DNA from: Candidatus Kaiserbacteria bacterium
GTDB lineage: Bacteria; Patescibacteriota; Minisyncoccia; Phycocordibacterales; UBA918
DNA length: 28,523 nt
Direction: 5' to 3'
Assembly (NCBI GenBank): GCA_023264435.1
Contig: JAHFMK010000001.1
Location: 1 to 28,523, forward strand
Both the position numbers and the translations under genes were made by a program. This document shows, one piece after another, positions 1 to 8,444 of the stretch. The notes beneath the pieces are model-generated. The model saw only the letters and a program-made list of their open reading frames with translations, was not told the origin of the DNA and ran no database searches. Each line of letters begins with the position of its first letter. Within the stretch, counting starts at the first letter, position 1.

Positions 1-705
1 TATTGCAAGTGCTGAAAAAAGCACAGTTACCCAAATAATTACAAATAATTGAAAAATATTACGTGTGTCAGTTGCGGGAACATCGGCACGATGCACACTT
101 CCCTCTATCACCGCACCCTGTGCTCTGACAAGGTCAGTATTACTCGTATAGGTAACATTCCCTTTTATACTTGCTTTATCACCAAACACCAATGTTTTTG
201 CACTCGTGAAATCTACATCACCAGACACAGGCGCATTGATACGAAGAGAACCTGATGAACCATGTACAGAACCTGTTACCGGTCCTTCTATCTGTAAATC
301 ATTTCCCCAGAAAAGCACATCACCCTCCACTGAAGCTGTTGAGAGTATGGTGAGTGTACCGCCATAGACGACAACATCACCTTTTACAGGTTTACCTATG
401 ACGACATCACCACCAAAAACACGGACATCATCACCAACGTCACCGTGTATTTGTACGGTCCCTCCGAGCACTGAGAGGTCTCCCGCTACTGGTGCATTAA
501 TGGTAACCCGACCACCCGCCACATATATATCATTTTGTGCTGTCCCCGATATATTCACCGTGGATGCGAGTCCGTAAAAGTCTCCACCGAGAGTCTGGTC
601 AGCATCAATAGAAATATTTTCTCCGCTTCGCACAATAGGACCAGCCATCGCAATATATGGCGTACTCAATACGAATGCGAGACTAAACAACAATATTTTT
701 TTCAT
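1..705 (-). CDS. Secreted/membrane protein with polymer-forming (bactofilin-like) beta-repeats; 3' end runs off the window
   Basis: Not in the ORF track (no stop inside the window). Manual translation from ATG at 705: MKKILLFSLAFVLSTPYIAMAGPIVRSGENISIDADQTLGGDFYGLASTVNISGTAQNDIYVAGGRVTINAPVAGDLSVLGGTVQIHGDVGDDVRVFGGDVVIGKPVKGDVVVYGG..., i.e. signal peptide, repeated (V/I)xGDV-like units, then the start of a hydrophobic helix (IFQLFVIIWVTVLFSALAI). Open for 235 codons down to position 1. Confidence 0.85.
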   Translation of the reverse strand, partial: MKKILLFSLAFVLSTPYIAMAGPIVRSGENISIDADQTLGGDFYGLASTVNISGTAQNDIYVAGGRVTINAPVAGDLSVLGGTVQIHGDVGDDVRVFGGDVVIGKPVKGDVVVYGGTLTILSTASVEGDVLFWGNDLQIEGPVTGSVHGSSGSLRINAPVSGDVDFTSAKTLVFGDKASIKGNVTYTSNTDLVRAQGAVIEGSVHRADVPATDTRNIFQLFVIIWVTVLFSALAI

Positions 706-711
706 CGGTAC

Positions 712-720
712 ACTATACCA
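712..720 (-). promoter_or_regulatory. Extended -10 box (TGgTATAGT) 6 nt before the ATG at 705; likely leaderless promoter
   Basis: Minus strand reads TGG-TATAGT-gtaccg-ATG. Confidence 0.55.
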
Positions 721-743
721 ATTTTTTTGCTTTTTTTCCAGTA

Positions 744-1121
744 TTACTTTGTACCCAAACACGGAAGTAATTTTACTGATTCAATTGCATTTGGAGTACT
801 TCCTTTAAGAATTTCATCAAGCCGTGTCTTACCTACGGCATTCTCTGCACAAGTAATCATCGTTGGTGTAATAGTGAGTGTGTCACTTGTATATCCAAAT
901 GTTTTTAATATTTTTTGTTGTGATTCTGAAAGACTGTGCGTTTGTACAACAATCGGCTCTTTTGGATGTGATGTGGTACTTTGTGCTTCATTTTGTGGTG
1001 ACACCAATGAATGTGTATCGGTATTAATTTTTTGAAGCATAATCCATATATATATACCAAGTGCGATTGCAACAATCAATAAACAGCTGACTATGATCAA
1101 ATAAATTTTGATTGATTTCAT
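744..1121 (-). CDS. Hypothetical single-pass membrane protein (125 aa)
   Basis: N-terminal TM (YLIIVSCLLIVAIALGIYIWIML), S/T/Q-rich linker, small C-terminal domain with two Cys; fills the gap between neighbours on the same strand. Confidence 0.75.
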   Translation of the reverse strand: MKSIKIYLIIVSCLLIVAIALGIYIWIMLQKINTDTHSLVSPQNEAQSTTSHPKEPIVVQTHSLSESQQKILKTFGYTSDTLTITPTMITCAENAVGKTRLDEILKGSTPNAIESVKLLPCLGTK

Positions 1122-1134
1122 ATATGTTTAGATA

Positions 1135-1317
1135 CTAATAACTATGCGAGGCTGTATATACAATTGGTGCTTGCAGTACATGTGCGGTAATAATAGCACT
1201 AATCACAATAATAAGTGCGATAAGAAATAAAATAGCTCGTGAGCGTGAGAACTCCCATGTGCCATTATACCAGTTTCGTACGTATAAAAATGGAAAAATA
1301 AAACGAAATATCTGCAT
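1135..1317 (-). CDS. Hypothetical small membrane protein (60 aa)
   Basis: One clear TM (AILFLIALIIVISAIITA) after an aromatic-rich N-terminus (FPFLYVRNWYNGTWEFS); co-oriented with and tightly packed against neighbours. Confidence 0.65.
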   Translation of the reverse strand: MQIFRFIFPFLYVRNWYNGTWEFSRSRAILFLIALIIVISAIITAHVLQAPIVYTASHSY

Positions 1318-1375
1318 ATGTCTTTTATCGTATCATACGAGGTGGCACATTTTGTGCTTTCCCGTGTAAAAATAT

Positions 1376-2386
1376 TTATTTTGCCTCATCAAATATATGT
1401 TTTCCTTTTTGCCACATTTCGGGATATCCATGTAGCTTCAACCAATACCACCATTCCCCTCCCCAAAGATACTGCTTATCATATCGAGTAGCATGTGCAT
1501 AGGCAACAATCTCATCAAATTTCTCAGCATTCATACGAGAAAATTGTGTCTCGATAGGCACATTCGTGACAGGCTCTAAAAGCCACGGTTCAAGTGAAAG
1601 CTCTATAAGAAACGTTTCCTTTTTTCCGTAAAAAAGTTTCATTATATTTTCTTTCACGCGATAAAACCATGGTGGCAATACTGTTTTAAATTGACCAAGT
1701 TCGGGATTCCAAAAATATACATACACACTGGTTCCAAATGCATCACCATGACTATATGCCCCTTTCCATGTACCAAGATTTCCACTATCCGTTACCAAAA
1801 CGGGTCGTGAAGGGTCAAGCGAATGTACCAGCGCAATCTCCTCTTCGAGAAATGCTTCATCAAGATTTCCACAATGGTCATTTGCAAATACTTCAAGGTA
1901 CGGCTCATTTTCTACTTGCCAATAACTAATCGCGGGTGAATCCTTGTAGCGAGTAACCACTGCTTTTAAATAGTCACGTATCTCTTGTTTTTGTTCTTCC
2001 CATGTTAATGGTTGAGCCCATGATGGTATATGACACTCTGGCCATCGTGGGAGTCTACGCCCAATACCAAAAATAACATTTGCATGAACTGCTTCTACTT
2101 GTTTCATATCAGCATCCATCCATGCAAAATCGTACACATCTTTTTCTGGTTCAATGAGATTCCAATGAGCACTCATTCTAAAATTTCGAACCCCCATGTC
2201 ATGTATCAGAGCATTCAATACCTCTTCCTGATTCAAGCCAAGCTCTTGTATATACGGCACATTAAACGACATACCATATGTAATTTTCTGAGGACTTTGT
2301 TTTTGAGCAAGGAAATACAGTGCGATACCTATAATAAGCACGACAATGGAAATGGTACCAAGAATGTATATAATTCGTTTAGACAT
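1376..2386 (-). CDS. Membrane-anchored clan GH-A glycoside hydrolase (GH5/GH42-like TIM barrel)
   Basis: N-terminal TM anchor; FRMSAHWNLIEP and YDFAWMD segments; WQVENEP acid/base motif; later IELSLEPW Glu; W-rich C-terminus (YLWGGEWWYW). Confidence 0.8.
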   Translation of the reverse strand: MSKRIIYILGTISIVVLIIGIALYFLAQKQSPQKITYGMSFNVPYIQELGLNQEEVLNALIHDMGVRNFRMSAHWNLIEPEKDVYDFAWMDADMKQVEAVHANVIFGIGRRLPRWPECHIPSWAQPLTWEEQKQEIRDYLKAVVTRYKDSPAISYWQVENEPYLEVFANDHCGNLDEAFLEEEIALVHSLDPSRPVLVTDSGNLGTWKGAYSHGDAFGTSVYVYFWNPELGQFKTVLPPWFYRVKENIMKLFYGKKETFLIELSLEPWLLEPVTNVPIETQFSRMNAEKFDEIVAYAHATRYDKQYLWGGEWWYWLKLHGYPEMWQKGKHIFDEAK

Positions 2387-3324
2387 TATTTAAATAATAC
2401 AAGAAAACCAAGCACAATAACAGACACAAAAATTGATTTCTGTAGTATTGATTCTTTAGGACACTCATCACATCCTTTTGGTTTTGTAATTGGTCCAAGG
2501 GTAAAAAAGATACCAAACATCAAAATAAACACGAACTGTAGCCCACCAATTGCTTGTACTACAGCCACATCTCCCATATCTGTTGCCTTGAGTATGAGTA
2601 TAGTTGATATACCTGCTACGAGCTTATTTATTAAAATAATAATACCCGCCTTTGAGGAGGTCGTTTTTGTTTGATCCATGATTTTCCTATAATAGGTTGG
2701 CACCAAAAGAAGTGAGAGTGCGTAGAGCATAAAACAAATTCTTGACCAAAAGAACGCATCGTCAAATGAGGTAATGAGAAAAAGTCCTTTGAGAGCAACA
2801 TAATGAAACCCAAAAAATATTCCTGCGTGAATCGCAAGCATAGCGGTCTTGGGAGTAAAATGAAATCGTGACACTAAAAATGTACCTACTGCAAGGAGTA
2901 TAATTCCGAGTAAAAAATTTGGTGACATCGCTCCTTGCAAGAAAAAATATCCTAATCCGAATGATGCAATTGCTGAGGTAGCACCAACGACTGGCACCAC
3001 ATCAGACGCATCCGCTTGTTGAAATGCGGTGAACATAGAAACGAGTGCCATAAAAAATGCATATGCTGCAAGAAACGAGAGTGCAATGATTTCAAGTGTT
3101 GGACGAGAAATATTTGCAAATGATGGAATATGCATGCCTCCAAATGGGAGCGGTATCAGACTTACAAAATAAATAATAATCCACGCTCCTGAAATGAGAC
3201 AAGTGTAAAATGCATACACAAATGGTTTAGGTAATATTTTTTCATCTGAAACTATCCGTTTATCAATAACGGCAACAATCGCATTTAAAAATTGTGCTCC
3301 AACTGCAAGAAAAATCCAATGCAT
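2386..3324 (-). CDS. EamA/DMT family membrane transporter
   Basis: About 10 hydrophobic helices in two repeats (DASDVVPVVGATS / GDVAVVQAIGGLQ); its stop overlaps the next start (TAATG at 2384-2388). Confidence 0.8.
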   Translation of the reverse strand: MHWIFLAVGAQFLNAIVAVIDKRIVSDEKILPKPFVYAFYTCLISGAWIIIYFVSLIPLPFGGMHIPSFANISRPTLEIIALSFLAAYAFFMALVSMFTAFQQADASDVVPVVGATSAIASFGLGYFFLQGAMSPNFLLGIILLAVGTFLVSRFHFTPKTAMLAIHAGIFFGFHYVALKGLFLITSFDDAFFWSRICFMLYALSLLLVPTYYRKIMDQTKTTSSKAGIIILINKLVAGISTILILKATDMGDVAVVQAIGGLQFVFILMFGIFFTLGPITKPKGCDECPKESILQKSIFVSVIVLGFLVLFK

Positions 3325-3338
3325 ACAAATAATTCTTT

Positions 3339-4574
3339 TTATTGTACCGCATTTTGTTCACAAATGGTCTTATAGATATACGCAGATGGGCGTATTTTCC
3401 GTTCGAGCGTAGTGTAATCAATTTTCACCAAACCAAATCGCTTTTCAAAACCAAGCGCCCATTCATAATTATCTAGGAGTGACCAATAGAAATGCCCACG
3501 AACATCAGCTCCGTTCTGAATTGCCCGCCACACCGCATTCACCTGTGTCGTAATGTACGTACCACGTCTATCATCTTTTGCATCGGCAATACCAGCCTCT
3601 GAAACAAAAAGTGGCTTATTGTATCGTGCAAGCATCATCAAACAATCATAGATACCTTCTGGATATATATCCCAATCCATATCAGTTTTTATGTATGTTG
3701 CTCTATCACCAAATTTTTTTTGAAGATAATAATTGAGTCCAACAGAATCACATTTTTTATAAACCTTATTCATAAAACGATACGTCCACCACCAATTTAT
3801 AAATTGGGCAATGAGTATATTGATTGGATTTTTATTTGATCGAAAAAGAATCACGTGTTTCACTATGGACACATCACTGGCACGTAATACGTGTTTAATT
3901 GCATCGTATGCAAGATTGTGTGCCTGAGCAAGATGCTTTACTACACGGAGATAGAGGAAAAATGGTTTCAAACCCTTTGCATACCGTGCTTTATGCTGTC
4001 GTCCTGAATTAGTAATAGATAAAAAATCGAAAAGTGAAAATCGCTTAAATGGCGGCCATGTTCCTCTATTCCATCCATTTGATGCAAAAACTATTGGCTC
4101 ATTCATAGTTGCATAATGATGACAATATTCCTTGAGGTGTTCCACCACAAATGCACAGTACCGTGAAAATATTTCAGGAGAATCCTTACGCTCAAACCCA
4201 CCTGTCTCCGAGAACCAGAGCGGTAATGTGAAATGCCACAGTGTTATATCGGGACGAATACCTCTCTTTTGTAATGCTTTACAAACTTTCTGGTAATGCT
4301 GGATTGCTTCCATATCAAATTTTCCATCTTCTGGCTCAATGCGTGCCCACTCAATAGAAAAACGATGTGCCGTCTGTCCCAAACTTTTTGCAATATCAAA
4401 GTCCTCTTCGTACCTATGATAGTGGTCACAGGCAATGCCACACACTGGTACTCTTCCTTCTCTTCCCGCTTTTGCCCAATCATTGTTTTCAATTCCACCT
4501 TCTACCTGATATGAAGACGTTCCTGCCCCCCAGAAAAAATCTTTCGGAAATTTTTTTAAACTGTCTTGTTGCAT
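3339..4574 (-). CDS. Glycoside hydrolase family 1 (beta-glucosidase-like)
   Basis: FFWGAGTSSYQVEG N-terminal signature, CDHYHRYEED, RFSIEWARIEP, TMNEP acid/base, VSEAG nucleophile, WSLLDNYEWALG, RFGL. Confidence 0.95.
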   Translation of the reverse strand: MQQDSLKKFPKDFFWGAGTSSYQVEGGIENNDWAKAGREGRVPVCGIACDHYHRYEEDFDIAKSLGQTAHRFSIEWARIEPEDGKFDMEAIQHYQKVCKALQKRGIRPDITLWHFTLPLWFSETGGFERKDSPEIFSRYCAFVVEHLKEYCHHYATMNEPIVFASNGWNRGTWPPFKRFSLFDFLSITNSGRQHKARYAKGLKPFFLYLRVVKHLAQAHNLAYDAIKHVLRASDVSIVKHVILFRSNKNPINILIAQFINWWWTYRFMNKVYKKCDSVGLNYYLQKKFGDRATYIKTDMDWDIYPEGIYDCLMMLARYNKPLFVSEAGIADAKDDRRGTYITTQVNAVWRAIQNGADVRGHFYWSLLDNYEWALGFEKRFGLVKIDYTTLERKIRPSAYIYKTICEQNAVQ

Positions 4575-4592
4575 ACGGTAAGTAGTATAGCA

Positions 4593-5321
4593 TCAAAGGT
4601 ATTTGTTCTTAAAACTCAACGGAGCAAGGTATGTAAACCATTTTTGGTAGAGTTCAGCAGTTGCGATAATGTCGTGGGTATTGTGGTCTGCGATGTCGCG
4701 GAACTTTTTCTGCAGAAAAAGTTCCGCGACATCCTCCCCACCAACCCCATTATTATGGGGACTCTTTATCCCAAATGCACGACAACATTGGTGGAGTGAT
4801 GGTCGCTTCGGTAACGTTCCATAGAATGTAAGCTGATCGAGTACATCAACATGGTGCACTTCTTTTTGTTGTGAGAGGTATCGATGCTCAGCAAAATTAC
4901 GTGAGGGAATAACACCATGTACCACTGAACGAATCATAAGATACGGAACATCAAATCGTCGACCGTTAAAGGTCACCAGTATGTCATACTCCTTCACACC
5001 ATCCCAAAAATCTTCAAGCATCTCTTTTTCACTGCGTGAGCGATAGACAAACACTCCTGCATCCTGTTCTTTTCCGAAGACTTCATCATGGTGATACACT
5101 ACTCCTTCATTTCGCTCTATATCGTAAACACCAATAGCAACTATCTGTCCTGTAAATGGTGAAAGTCCCAAACTGTGTTGAATGCCATACAGATATGTCT
5201 CTTGCTCAGAAGGATTATCGGTTGTTCGTGCAATCCACCGTGTGAGATTCTTTTGTGTGATGGTATCAAGAGAATCCCATGACTCTCCTACTGTTTCGAT
5301 ATCACATACGAGCGTTGACAT
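4593..5321 (-). CDS. RNase H-fold 3'-5' exonuclease (PolB-exonuclease-related, DEDD type), 242 aa
   Basis: ExoI CDIET, ExoII TFNGRRFDVPY, ExoIII HNTHD. Start reassigned to ATG 5321 (MSTLVCDIET), just after the upstream stop at 5326. Confidence 0.85.
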   Translation of the reverse strand: MSTLVCDIETVGESWDSLDTITQKNLTRWIARTTDNPSEQETYLYGIQHSLGLSPFTGQIVAIGVYDIERNEGVVYHHDEVFGKEQDAGVFVYRSRSEKEMLEDFWDGVKEYDILVTFNGRRFDVPYLMIRSVVHGVIPSRNFAEHRYLSQQKEVHHVDVLDQLTFYGTLPKRPSLHQCCRAFGIKSPHNNGVGGEDVAELFLQKKFRDIADHNTHDIIATAELYQKWFTYLAPLSFKNKYL

Positions 5322-5325
5322 ACTC

Positions 5326-6096
5326 TTATTGAGAGACCGTACCCATGAAGCACCCAATACTATACGGGTATTCGTTGGTGATGTGATAGTGATATACGTT
5401 CGTTGCTACACCATTCTGCAATATCTCATGTGTATGTCCATGACATACATCCAGATTACTATTGGAAATAGTTACACCATTTTCAACACTTCCATATACA
5501 CCAAATCCATCGCGTGCATATCCAAAACTGCCATCAGTATTGGATGCATTTATGCTAGTATCAATATTTTTTCCTCGATATATAAACGACCCCGAGTGTA
5601 ACACACCAATAATACTCTCAGATATACATTGAGGTATTCCCGTAAATATGGGAACTGTCGGAATATGAGGGAATTGCATATTTTCGACTGCATTTGTTGG
5701 TGTTGTTGCACATACATACACGCCACCGATGTGTGGTGTTGAAACGACGGACTCTTGTACTCCTGATACTTCAGAAGTGCCTGAATAAGAAGAGACAGTG
5801 GTATCACTGTCAATGGATTTTTTTATCTCTGTTAATTCATTCTCTTTCGTTGTCTCAACATTGCTATCCGTGGTACGACGTAATGATGCACGCACACGGT
5901 CAATAAACCCCTGACTATCAAATTTTTTTGTTTCCTCGTTTTTCGTTACTCCATATGAATCACGCGATGTACCAAACACAACGTGAGACACTACTTCCCT
6001 GTTGAGTCCTGTGTATATATATCCCACAAAAAAAAGACTGGGAAGTAGTATCAGGCTCGCCGTCAAGCCGATTACCATATATTTTGTTCGAATCAT
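5326..6096 (-). CDS. Membrane-anchored YHYH-domain protein (degenerate), 256 aa
   Basis: N-terminal TM; GYARDGFGVYG, LDVCHGHTH, YHYH and EYPYSIGCF motifs. Start reassigned to ATG 6096 (TACTAT 7 nt upstream). Confidence 0.8.
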   Translation of the reverse strand: MIRTKYMVIGLTASLILLPSLFFVGYIYTGLNREVVSHVVFGTSRDSYGVTKNEETKKFDSQGFIDRVRASLRRTTDSNVETTKENELTEIKKSIDSDTTVSSYSGTSEVSGVQESVVSTPHIGGVYVCATTPTNAVENMQFPHIPTVPIFTGIPQCISESIIGVLHSGSFIYRGKNIDTSINASNTDGSFGYARDGFGVYGSVENGVTISNSNLDVCHGHTHEILQNGVATNVYHYHITNEYPYSIGCFMGTVSQ

Positions 6097-6152
6097 GCTC
6101 TGTATAGTACCGCATCTCAGAAATGATATACAGCTCACCTGTGGGCAGGTGA

Positions 6153-7442
6153 TTATTTTACTTTCACACCATCAGGGATTTTTGCAGGGTCAACATAAAA
6201 CCCTTTAATATCTTTACGTCCTATAATAATTGGAAAGCGAAGATGACTTCGTGCAGTATATGTAGCAACCGTCTTGATTTCACGACCATTTAATTTAAAG
6301 CGAATGTGTGCAGTGCGTCGCTTTTGCCTTCCGCTTCCCGAGCGTACATTGACAAGTTTGTCATGTAAATCAAGACCGAGTTCATGTACCAAATCAATAT
6401 CAATAGACGTACGGTACGCTCCTGTATCAATTTTTGCTAAAATTGTTTTTCGTTTTAATTCTCCATAAATAGTTATTTTCTCTATGACGCCAAGCATTCT
6501 ATCGGAAACTTCAACAGCCGAAAGTGCGTCGTCAGCAAACAATTTTTGTGCAAGTTCTATTGCACGAGGGATTGAAGGGATACGCACATTTGCTACTCGT
6601 TCAAGGCGTGTACGAAGTGAATCATTATTTGCTACCTGTATTGAGAGCCCTGGACGGGCATTTATTTCAAGCACAAGTGGCCCTCGTGTTTGATCAAGCA
6701 CAATATCAATACCTACAAATCCTAATCGAGAAGCTTGCTGTGCATGCACCGCAATCGTTAATATTTTTTCCCATTCCGGAATTTTGATACCACCGACCTT
6801 AATCTTTTTATCAGGGATATAGGTTACCCGTTCTCCCTGTGCCACACCATACGTAGTAATACCCGTACGCATATCAATACCAATCCCCACCGCACCGAGA
6901 TGCAAATTTGCCTTTCCATCAGAACGTGCCGTTGGTAATCGTAACATCGCCATGACGGGAATTTTATTACACACAATCACTCGAATATCAGGCACTCCTC
7001 GTTCAGTCAATTTTTTGAAAAAGGAATGAACCATGATACGTTCTTCAATAAATGCATAATCAGGCAAATTATTGAGTGAATGAGCACCATCGAGTGCGCC
7101 AAATGCTTCCGATTCGAGCCCTTGTGTCGTCACGATATTTCCTTTCGAATCAATTCCTTTTTCTCCATCCCACCTTCCGACACACACAATTCCGCGTCCA
7201 CCATATCCATGAGCTGGTTTTAATACAAACTGTCGCGGAAGTGTTTTCCAATCAAATGCACGAATATCATTAAAAGAAGTGAACGCTTCAAGCAGTATTG
7301 TAGTTGGCACCTCATGTTTTAAAAGCTGATGTTTAGTCTGCAACTTATCATCCGCAATAAGTTTATACTTACGCTTATTTAATGTACGAATATACAAATA
7401 ATTTCGTGCATTAAGACCTAAAATTGCATGACTGATTGCCAT
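6153..7442 (-). CDS. Alpha-L-glutamate-ligase-like ATP-grasp enzyme fused to a C-terminal retropepsin-like (RimB/putative ATP-dependent Zn protease-type) domain
   Basis: ILGLNARN, ADDKL, FVLKPAHGYGGRGI, PDIRVIV, AMLRLPT..SDGKANLHLGAVGIGID, LEINARPGL in about aa 1-290; AKIDTGAYRTSID and FPIIIGR in the last ~110 aa. Confidence 0.9.
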   Translation of the reverse strand: MAISHAILGLNARNYLYIRTLNKRKYKLIADDKLQTKHQLLKHEVPTTILLEAFTSFNDIRAFDWKTLPRQFVLKPAHGYGGRGIVCVGRWDGEKGIDSKGNIVTTQGLESEAFGALDGAHSLNNLPDYAFIEERIMVHSFFKKLTERGVPDIRVIVCNKIPVMAMLRLPTARSDGKANLHLGAVGIGIDMRTGITTYGVAQGERVTYIPDKKIKVGGIKIPEWEKILTIAVHAQQASRLGFVGIDIVLDQTRGPLVLEINARPGLSIQVANNDSLRTRLERVANVRIPSIPRAIELAQKLFADDALSAVEVSDRMLGVIEKITIYGELKRKTILAKIDTGAYRTSIDIDLVHELGLDLHDKLVNVRSGSGRQKRRTAHIRFKLNGREIKTVATYTARSHLRFPIIIGRKDIKGFYVDPAKIPDGVKVK

Positions 7443-7444
7443 AC

Positions 7445-8362
7445 CTAATCACTCATCGTATTAAATCGAAAATATTCAGTGAGTCGTAGACCAAAATATC
7501 GTCCAATCATAATATTCATCGGTATCACTAGTAAAATAAGTTCTGGATACAAAATGAGTGTATCCTGTACTACAGTACTCGACGCAAGAAAATATCCAAA
7601 CAACCCCAGCATAAGTGTTGTGCTCGTAATTGAAAATGTCTCCGAAGCACTTTTATGTAACTGTACGGATACGATAGAATCTCCAAGGAGCATAAGAATG
7701 AGAATAGGAAAAATTGACAAACTGAGCACTTTATCAAAGTGAAGTATAGATGCAATCGTGAGTGCGCCGAACACAAATACCGCAAGCAGAAGCATCGAGA
7801 GTGAGCGCTTTGGATAAAACATAATCTGTATACGGGACAATAGTACTTTTGAAACATACGACGCTGTGAGTACCGCGAGCAAAATCAAAATACCCATCGT
7901 CACCCCGACCGCCACGAGTGCAAATGCAAGAATGACTGGTACCAACATATCAAGAGTTGGCAACCCCACCACAACACGCACAAAACTAACCAATGTTCCC
8001 AGAACTGGTGTGAGCAAAATAAGAAATATCGTATTTGCGGGAATACCATTTTGAACTGCTTCTTGCACCCAATAGGCAATAAAAGAAAATATTCCTGGTG
8101 ATTCCACTCGACGTGCCTCAAACAATGATAGGATGGCGACTTTTTCTGGCAAATTCTCAGCTTGTGTTACATCTTTTTTATTTGCCTCCGCAACATTGAT
8201 TTGATCAATAATATTAGATACCGATGACGAAGACTGTTCCGTTAAAACATCAGAAAATGCTTGTGCCTCTGTTATGGTCGAATTATGTTGTATTTCAGCT
8301 TTGACACTGATTGGGACAACCAGAAAGCACACTCCTAGTAATAAAATTATTTTTGTTCGCAT
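7445..8362 (-). CDS. 7TM-domain protein of the type found with transglutaminase/ATP-grasp operons; signal peptide, no transglutaminase domain (305 aa)
   Basis: GIPANTIFLILLTP..LVSFVRVVVGL, SIFPILILM and C-terminal YFGLRLTEYFRF. Start reassigned to ATG 8362 (MRTKIILLLG), which avoids overlap with rlmB. Stop is 2 nt from the ligase start. Confidence 0.85.
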   Translation of the reverse strand: MRTKIILLLGVCFLVVPISVKAEIQHNSTITEAQAFSDVLTEQSSSSVSNIIDQINVAEANKKDVTQAENLPEKVAILSLFEARRVESPGIFSFIAYWVQEAVQNGIPANTIFLILLTPVLGTLVSFVRVVVGLPTLDMLVPVILAFALVAVGVTMGILILLAVLTASYVSKVLLSRIQIMFYPKRSLSMLLLAVFVFGALTIASILHFDKVLSLSIFPILILMLLGDSIVSVQLHKSASETFSITSTTLMLGLFGYFLASSTVVQDTLILYPELILLVIPMNIMIGRYFGLRLTEYFRFNTMSD

Positions 8363-8364
8363 TG

Positions 8365-8391
8365 CATATATACTCTGACAGAATATATATG
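8365..8391. repeat. 27-bp imperfect palindrome immediately upstream of the 7TM start codon
   Basis: catatatactctg-a-cagaatatatatg; 12 of 13 positions pair. Partly low-complexity TA repeats. Confidence 0.5.
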
Positions 8392-8444
8392 AATTGTAAA
8401 GAGAAATGGGTATACATACACATGATATGTGTATCGGTACGGTA

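Noticed and set aside
1332-1360. Two tiny dyads (cgtat-c-atacg, gcaca-ttt-tgtgc) between the glycosidase and the 60-aa gene
   Set aside because: Five-bp arms are expected by chance and there is no U-tract.
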